DNA of 64,000 nucleotides from an uncultured archaeon. GTDB lineage: Archaea; Halobacteriota; Archaeoglobi; Archaeoglobales; Archaeoglobaceae. Under the pieces are notes generated by a model. That model was not told the DNA's origin. It searched no databases and was given only the letters and a program-made list of their open reading frames with translations. The stretch covers positions 16,664-80,663 of the forward strand of contig CAZHOR010000003.1 in the NCBI GenBank assembly GCA_964534325.1. Reading direction: 5' to 3'. The translations under genes and the position numbers were made by a program. This document shows, in pieces, positions 58,232 to 64,000 of this stretch; positions within the stretch are counted from its first letter, which is position 1, and every line of letters begins with the position of its first letter.

Positions 58232-58817
58232 TAATACTGAAGATTTGAGAGAAAGGACTCTCGTAGAGACTTTCGGTGCGCTGGATGGAAGCTACGGCCC
58301 CAACTATGAATGCAAGTATTATCCCTGCCATTTCGAAGGCCAGGATTGCTCCTTCTGTTTCTGCCCCTTCTACCCCTGCTTGAATTACGAGCTGGGAGGA
58401 GAGCTGAAACAATCGGGTGACAAGTATATATGGGATTGCACTAACTGCTGGTGGATCCATGAAGAGGATAATGTAGAGGAGATCATTGTCTCCTTGAGCA
58501 GGTTCTCCAGACAAAAACTGATAGAAGAGGACTGGAAATTTTACAGCGCCACCATTCAAGAGCTTTATTATGGGGAAGAGCTGGGAGAAAATATTAATGG
58601 AGCATACAACTTGATACCAGCGATGTTCAATGATAAGGAATGGGAAAACGTTGATGGTACTGAACTTCTTTGCGTCGAGCTCGGCGACTTTATAATAGAA
58701 GACGTGACAAGAATCGAAGATATTGAGGAAGCCTCATCTGGAATAATAATCCCATCAAAAGAAGGTAACAAGCTTTACGGGATTATTGACGGACAGCCCA
58801 CTGCCTGCGACCTTTAA
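58200..58817 (+). CDS. Cysteine-rich small domain (zf-like, CxxC-rich) protein with C-terminal extension
   Basis: YECKYYPCHFEGQDCSFCFCPFYPCLNYELGGEL...WDCTNCWWIH. Non-ATG start (TTG 58200 / GTG 58203), overlapping the DUF89 gene. Confidence 0.55.
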   Translation: MVIWLQNLRIDNTEDLRERTLVETFGALDGSYGPNYECKYYPCHFEGQDCSFCFCPFYPCLNYELGGELKQSGDKYIWDCTNCWWIHEEDNVEEIIVSLSRFSRQKLIEEDWKFYSATIQELYYGEELGENINGAYNLIPAMFNDKEWENVDGTELLCVELGDFIIEDVTRIEDIEEASSGIIIPSKEGNKLYGIIDGQPTACDL

Positions 58818-58837
58818 TTCCCATAAATACCTATCGA

Positions 58838-59317
58838 TCATAACCATCTATCTTGTTCTGTTGCGGACTCGAGTTTCAACAGCTCTTTTTTTATGTCAAC
58901 ACCTGAGCTGAAACCCCCTAATCCACTGGACCCCACAACTCGGTGACAGGGGATGATTACTGGAATGGGGTTCCTCTTCATTGCCTGACCAATAGCTCTC
59001 GGCGCACTGTCCAGTTTGGATGCCAGTTCTCCGTAGGTTACTGTTTCTCCATAATGTATGTCCCGGACCTCATTTAGCACCTTTCTCACAAAATCAGTGG
59101 TCCTCAATTCGACGCAATACTCTTTAAACTCGGTTTTATACCCCTGAAAATAATCTTTGATGTCTTCCTTTAATTCTTTTGCTTCTTTGCTCTCTAACCT
59201 ATCTTTACAGGATAAGCTGCTGAACTCTGCTCCAGTGACAACTCCATCCTGCAAATAGGCATTAAAGAATAATCTATCCTTGAAGGAGAGGTCGAGGCAA
59301 AAGCTATCCGATATCAC
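58838..59317 (-). CDS. ogt: Methylated-DNA--protein-cysteine methyltransferase (Ogt/MGMT)
   Basis: Active site IIPCHRVVGSSG and the preceding TYGELA / PRAIGQAMKRNP helix-turn-wing. Confidence 0.85.
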   Translation of the reverse strand: MISDSFCLDLSFKDRLFFNAYLQDGVVTGAEFSSLSCKDRLESKEAKELKEDIKDYFQGYKTEFKEYCVELRTTDFVRKVLNEVRDIHYGETVTYGELASKLDSAPRAIGQAMKRNPIPVIIPCHRVVGSSGLGGFSSGVDIKKELLKLESATEQDRWL

Positions 59318-59819
59318 TACCCGAAACTTCCTTGATCCTTTCTACTCCACCTACCTCTACAATGGTTCTGGCCACCGATTGGGGAACCAGTTCTTCCCAG
59401 TGATTTCCTTCCAGGATCCTCTTCCTTATCTCAGTACCCTGGTACTCTCCCCTGTTCCGCAGGTCCGTTCTTCTTACTTCGTATCCCGCTTCATTGAACA
59501 ATCTTCTCACCAGAGGATTGTTGGAGTAGACCACATCAATTGGGGGTGTCATGGAACGAACATGAGGCACCCACAAGCTGTTGCGGTAAATATCCTCTAA
59601 CGGTATCACGTAAGCCTTTTTGGATGTCTTTATCTCCTCTAAAGCTTTGGAGACCATCAACATTCTCTCTCCAGCTGTAAAAGGGTTGCTGATGGAGTGG
59701 CTCTCCTGAGCACTTCCTATACCTATAACCAGTTCATCCACTTCTTCCAGTATCTCCAGTATCACGTCGTGGTGCCCCATGTGATATGGCTGAAATCTAC
59801 CGATGAAGAAACCCCTCAT
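59304..59819 (-). CDS. nadM: Nicotinamide-nucleotide adenylyltransferase (archaeal type)
   Basis: MRGFFIGRFQPYHMGHHDVI (HxGH), ...NPFTAGER..., 171 aa. Confidence 0.9.
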   Translation of the reverse strand: MRGFFIGRFQPYHMGHHDVILEILEEVDELVIGIGSAQESHSISNPFTAGERMLMVSKALEEIKTSKKAYVIPLEDIYRNSLWVPHVRSMTPPIDVVYSNNPLVRRLFNEAGYEVRRTDLRNRGEYQGTEIRKRILEGNHWEELVPQSVARTIVEVGGVERIKEVSGSDIG

Positions 59820-59848
59820 TTTCTCTGTTTCTCTAATGATTTTTTATC

Positions 59849-61390
59849 TTAGCTCAAAGTCTTGGTGCTTTCTTTTCCTACCACTCTGTAGAGCTCATCC
59901 CGCAGTTTCTTACCATTCTTTTTCTCCCACTCTTCTATAGGAACCCCGTATTCTGCCTGTATCTTATCTCTGTAGATCTCGGGGATGACGTTGAAAGCAC
60001 AGAAGGGAATTACTTTGCCATCGGGTGTGGCGTAGTGTATCTCACAGCGCTTAACTCTCTCCAGATCGTAGTTGTAGAGGTCCTGGAAGTGCATCATACC
60101 GATGAACTGGGATCTCATGTGGAACTTGCCCAGGGTGGTGTAATCATGTCTGACGAGAACATCGAAAAGTATTTTGCTAATATCGAATTCTCCCGGAGCC
60201 TTATCAAAGTAAACGAATCTTCTGAGGTCGATGATGTCCTTGAATGCTCTGAACCTTTTCAGTCTGCTCCTGTTTATTGCTTCGGATTTCTCTTCCAGGT
60301 GCTCAAATAACCCCTCAACATCGAGAAATCTGGTGATGGGAATTAATCTACCTTCCTCTTTGAAAGCATAAGTAGCCATACCGCAGGCAAAGTGAGTGGT
60401 TAGCTCGTACTGATGGACTCCGGTCTGCGCCTCCACGAAATGGGATATGGGTGTTACACTGGGAACCGGATAGAAGTCGCTTTTGGCTAATTCTCCTTCT
60501 GTTTGCTCCTCTATTCTCTTTATAGCTCCCGGTATAGTGATCCTGTACGTCTCTCGTTCTCTTCTCGAAAGTCTTCCCACCAGGCTGACCGGCTGAAAAT
60601 TAACTCCTCTAACGATATCTATGTTCCGGGAAGCGTAGTTTATTATGTCCCCCAGTTGATGGTCGTTTATGGTTTTCAGGATGGTGGGAACGAATACCAC
60701 ACCCAGATTAGCTCTTCTGCAGTTATCCAGGATCTGCTGGACCTCATTGTAGTTCTTGGGATTTGTCTTCTCGTCCACACCATCGAAGGAGAGGTAAACC
60801 GTGTTCACACCGGCTTCTCTCAATCTTAGAGCTAACTCGGGCTCCATAGCCATTCTTATTCCGTTGGTGTTGAGCTGTATGTGTTCTATTCCTTCTTCCC
60901 TGATGACCTTTACAATATCTATAAGGTCGTCCCTTAAGGTGGGCTCTCCACCTGTGAGCTGAACAGCGTTCGTTCCAATTGGTTTGGTATCTCTGGCAGC
61001 CCTGACCATCTCTCTGATCTGCTCAATAGAGGGTTCATAGACATACCCTCTAGCCTGAGCATAAAAAAAGCAGTACCAGCAAGCCAGATCACACCTATTG
61101 GTAAGCACAATATTCAGCAGAGCGGTCTGGCTTTTATGTCTGCTGCACAAACCACAGGAGTAGGGACAATCTGTTTCATTGACGTGAGGAGTCGAGATTC
61201 CTGGTCCATCGTGAGCAAAACTTGCCGCTCTCTTGAACATCTCGGCATCGCCCCAGTAGACGTCCTTGAATTCTCCATGCTCTTTGCAAGCCTTTTTCAT
61301 CATTATTTTACCGTTTTCTTCGAACACTTCAGCGGAAATTTTTTTGAGGCATTCAGGACAAAGTGATACAGTTTTATATGGCAATTTCAT
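59849..61390 (-). CDS. tes: Radical-SAM protein of the tetraether lipid synthase (Tes, MJ0619-like) family
   Basis: N-terminal Cys4 ribbon (CPECL...CKEHG), auxiliary CPYSCGLC, radical-SAM CDLACWYC and QLTGGEPTLR. The 513-aa length and layout fit the Tes family. Confidence 0.7.
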   Translation of the reverse strand: MKLPYKTVSLCPECLKKISAEVFEENGKIMMKKACKEHGEFKDVYWGDAEMFKRAASFAHDGPGISTPHVNETDCPYSCGLCSRHKSQTALLNIVLTNRCDLACWYCFFYAQARGYVYEPSIEQIREMVRAARDTKPIGTNAVQLTGGEPTLRDDLIDIVKVIREEGIEHIQLNTNGIRMAMEPELALRLREAGVNTVYLSFDGVDEKTNPKNYNEVQQILDNCRRANLGVVFVPTILKTINDHQLGDIINYASRNIDIVRGVNFQPVSLVGRLSRRERETYRITIPGAIKRIEEQTEGELAKSDFYPVPSVTPISHFVEAQTGVHQYELTTHFACGMATYAFKEEGRLIPITRFLDVEGLFEHLEEKSEAINRSRLKRFRAFKDIIDLRRFVYFDKAPGEFDISKILFDVLVRHDYTTLGKFHMRSQFIGMMHFQDLYNYDLERVKRCEIHYATPDGKVIPFCAFNVIPEIYRDKIQAEYGVPIEEWEKKNGKKLRDELYRVVGKESTKTLS

Positions 61391-61597
61391 CGGTAAACCC
61401 CCAGCATGCGTATTTTATGCTTATAGTCGCAAAATTCCATGCCATTAATTTAATTAGAAATTATAAGGGTATATCAAAATTTCGCATCATACACTTAATT
61501 CATAACGACATAACTGGAGGTAAAGACAATGTAAGGCCAATAGATATCACTTTTTTGATTCGAAAGAGATATATTGCAGACAAAAATGTGACAAATA

Positions 61598-62173
61598 ATG
61601 CCATTTGAATTTCATAATCCCAATTATATGACAACACTTTATATTATACTCACTGCTATCTGGCTTCTCCTTCCTTCATATACTCCTAACAACTTTGCAG
61701 TAGTCTTTGGAGGAGGGAAACCCATTGATCTGGGCAGGAACTTTATTGACGGAGGAAGGTTACTGGGCGATGGTAAGACCATCAGAGGATTCGTGGCAGG
61801 AGGTTTCGGAGGGCTGCTGGTAGCTCACCTCCAGCTCCTGTTGGAGAATCTTTCTGGTCTCAATATCTACTCTTCTCTTGTTTACACATCTTTTTTAGGA
61901 ATAGTGGTTGGATTGTCCTTCGGTGCGCTAATAGGCGATATGATGGGTAGTTTTTTTAAAAGGAGATTTAGAGTTGAAAGAGGAGGAGTGCTACCTCTAG
62001 TGGACCAGCTGGATTTTCTGGTCATTGCACTGGTTGCGGCAAGTCTTTCGCCTGATTTTTCTACAGTGTTCACTATCCCCGTAATAATCGCAGCACTTAT
62101 TATAACCCCTTTCCTTCATGTATTGACCAACTTCATAGCCTATAAACTGGGTCTAAAAGAGGTGCCGTGGTAG
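61598..62173 (+). CDS. carS: CDP-archaeol synthase CarS
   Basis: 191 aa with 5 TM helices. PNNFAVVFGGGKPIDLG and GDGKTIRGFVAG are motifs of the CarS (DUF46) family. Confidence 0.8.
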   Translation: MPFEFHNPNYMTTLYIILTAIWLLLPSYTPNNFAVVFGGGKPIDLGRNFIDGGRLLGDGKTIRGFVAGGFGGLLVAHLQLLLENLSGLNIYSSLVYTSFLGIVVGLSFGALIGDMMGSFFKRRFRVERGGVLPLVDQLDFLVIALVAASLSPDFSTVFTIPVIIAALIITPFLHVLTNFIAYKLGLKEVPW

Positions 62174-62175
62174 GT

Positions 62176-62706
62176 ATGCAAACTCTAATAGAAATGTTGA
62201 AGAGGACTGGAGCAATAAGATTTGGGGATTTTACTCTTTCTTCAGGCAAAAAGAGCAACCTCTACGTTGATATAAAGATCGCCTCCACTTATCCGGAAGT
62301 ACTTTCAAAAATAAACGAACTGGTAATAAATAAACTGGAGAAAAAAGCAATTAAATACCACAAAATAGCTTGCGTTGAGCTGGGAGGAGTGCCGCTTGCG
62401 GTTTCTCTATCCATAGGTACAGGAAAACCTTATGCCATATTCAGAAAGGAGAAAAAGGGATACGGTACTGGTGGGGACGTTATAGGCAATATCGATGAAG
62501 ATGAAAAGGTTATTATAATCGAGGACGTGACAACTACTGGCGGTTCAGCCCAATCGGCTGTAAACCGGGTAGAAAAGTTGAAGGGAAATGTGGAAGCAGT
62601 GATTACTGTGGTGGACAGAGAAGAAGGAGCTAAAGAATTGTTCGCAAAACGGAGTGTTGAGTTCATTCCGTTATTGACAAAGAAGGACTTATTCGAGGAG
62701 ATTTGA
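62176..62706 (+). CDS. pyrE: Orotate phosphoribosyltransferase
   Basis: FGDFTLSSGKKSNLYVD and the PRPP loop VIIIEDVTTTGGS. Confidence 0.9.
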   Translation: MQTLIEMLKRTGAIRFGDFTLSSGKKSNLYVDIKIASTYPEVLSKINELVINKLEKKAIKYHKIACVELGGVPLAVSLSIGTGKPYAIFRKEKKGYGTGGDVIGNIDEDEKVIIIEDVTTTGGSAQSAVNRVEKLKGNVEAVITVVDREEGAKELFAKRSVEFIPLLTKKDLFEEI

Positions 62707-62711
62707 GTGGA

Positions 62712-63266
62712 ATGGTAAAGATATACGTTGTCTATAATTACGGGCAGTACAACCACCTGATACACAGGACCTTAAGGGATTTAGGAGTAGAGACCAGGCT
62801 GGTTGAAAATACCACACCAGTTGAGGAGCTTAAAGACCTTGACGGGCTGGTTCTGGGGGGAGGACCCACTCTGGAACGAACGGGTAACTGCGATCAATAT
62901 CTCAAGGAGCTGGAGGTTCCCATACTTGGTGTTTGCCTGGGACATCAGCTCATGGCCAAAGTATTTGGTGGTGAAGTGGGGGAAGGTGGCCTGGGTGGTT
63001 ACGCTGAGGTAAAAGTGAGGATCGTGGAACACGATAATATTTTTGAAGGACTCCCCCCAGAAATAAAGGTGTGGGCCAGTCATGCGGATGAGGTGAGAGA
63101 AATACCTCCGGACTTCAAGTTGCTTGCAGAATCAGATATTTGCAAGATAGAGGCCATGCGACATGTGAGTAAGAATATCTACGGTATCCAGTGGCATCCC
63201 GAGGTCTTCCATACTGAAAAAGGAATGGAATTTTACCATAATTTTGTAAAAATATGTAAAAAATAA
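62712..63266 (+). CDS. guaAA: GMP synthase, glutamine amidotransferase subunit A
   Basis: Class-I GATase: GVCLGHQLM (Cys nucleophile), GIQWHPEV. Confidence 0.9.
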   Translation: MVKIYVVYNYGQYNHLIHRTLRDLGVETRLVENTTPVEELKDLDGLVLGGGPTLERTGNCDQYLKELEVPILGVCLGHQLMAKVFGGEVGEGGLGGYAEVKVRIVEHDNIFEGLPPEIKVWASHADEVREIPPDFKLLAESDICKIEAMRHVSKNIYGIQWHPEVFHTEKGMEFYHNFVKICKK

Positions 63267-63338
63267 TGGTTACAGAATAATTTGTGGATTTAGCGAATTC
63301 GCGGAAATTTTTTTATGTTCTCATGACTAATAAAAACC

Positions 63339-64000
63339 ATGAAGACTGTTATACTTGCAGGTGGTACCGGTACCAGACTGTGGCCTCTCAGCAGAGAAGC
63401 TTACCCTAAACAGTTCATAAAACTGTTCAACGGTCACTCTCTTTTTGAAAAAACGGTTCAAAGAGCATCGGTTTTCTCCAAACCAGAGGACATCTATATC
63501 GTAACCAATGAAAGTCACAAATTCAGTGTTGTGGACGCATTATCCGATGTGAACATTAACGTCCCGGATAAGAACATACTTCTGGAGCCTGCATCCAGGA
63601 ACACATTGCCAGCGATCTATCTGGCAGTCAAAGAGATAGGGGATGAGGATGAAGAGATCGCCGTATTGCCCTCAGACCACCATCTGGTTCTGGATGAGAA
63701 GTACATAAATGGTTTTGAGGCCGCTCAGTCCCTCTGCAAGAATTACTTGGTGACCTTTGGTATCAAGCCTACCAGACCTCACACCGGTTACGGGTACATA
63801 AAACCGGGGAAGGAGCTGAAGGGTGGTTATGAGGTGGAGCAGTTCGTGGAGAAACCGGATGAGAAGACCGCTGAAGAGTATTTGGGTAAAGGATACCTGT
63901 GGAACAGCGGAATGTTCATGTTCAAAGCCGGTCTGTTCATGAAGGAATGTGAGAAACACCAGCCTGAGCTGGCAAAGGCTTTTGAGACCGAAAGGCCTTA
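63339..64000 (+). CDS. Mannose-1-phosphate guanylyltransferase (3' end outside window)
   Basis: ATG 63339; MKTVILAGGTGTRLWPLSREAYPKQF, LPSDH, GYGYI, EKPD, YLWNSGMF. It is open to the window end, so it is absent from the ORF track. Confidence 0.85.
   Translation, partial: MKTVILAGGTGTRLWPLSREAYPKQFIKLFNGHSLFEKTVQRASVFSKPEDIYIVTNESHKFSVVDALSDVNINVPDKNILLEPASRNTLPAIYLAVKEIGDEDEEIAVLPSDHHLVLDEKYINGFEAAQSLCKNYLVTFGIKPTRPHTGYGYIKPGKELKGGYEVEQFVEKPDEKTAEEYLGKGYLWNSGMFMFKAGLFMKECEKHQPELAKAFETERP

Noticed and set aside
58095-58559. 154-aa minus-strand ORF
   Set aside because: It is antisense to the DUF89 3' end and the Cys-rich domain gene, and the plus-strand products carry family motifs.

Overview
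This window is a chromosomal segment from a euryarchaeon, probably of methanogen, ANME or Archaeoglobi type. The archaeal markers are Hef, Alba, ribosomal protein S8e, PurP, archaeal NMN adenylyltransferase, CarS, a Tes-like radical-SAM lipid synthase, split archaeal glutamate synthase, a PGF-CTERM sorting signal and a full archaellum locus. About 75 features are called, densely packed on both strands. By eye I found no rRNA, tRNA, CRISPR array, integrase or transposase.

Layout:
- 1-20.8 kb: housekeeping genes (DNA repair, purine/PRPP metabolism, GOGAT, NAD(P)HX repair).
- 21-40 kb: a motility/taxis island with cheY-B-A-C-D-R, two cheF paralogs, a HEAT-repeat adaptor, arlCDE-F-G-H-I-J, two mosaic archaellin genes and the prepilin peptidase.
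- 42-47 kb: a Liv-type ABC transporter.
- 47-49 kb: an actin-like (ParM-type) gene plus an RHH gene with upstream iterons.
- 49-64 kb: leuC/hacA, thiC, a 2-oxoacid:ferredoxin oxidoreductase operon, a decaying patch (YeiH-like pseudogene and AbiE-like toxin-antitoxin remnant), then DUF89, ogt, nadM, tes, carS, pyrE, guaA-A and manC.

Most unusual observations:
1. The first two genes of the 2-oxoacid oxidoreductase operon look like a precise reciprocal N-terminal module swap between a GltD/SudA-type NAD(P)H flavoprotein and the delta-ferredoxin subunit. No gamma subunit is present.
2. A 428-aa protein consists of two tandem thymidylate-synthase-like halves, only one of which keeps the catalytic cysteine.
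3. A chromosomal ParM/RHH/iteron module resembles a ParMRC segregation cassette.
4. An exact 37-bp tandem duplication frameshifts a small conserved archaeal gene.
5. A monoheme cytochrome c carries a PGF-CTERM anchor.

All functional calls rest on motif reading of the supplied translations. No database search was possible.
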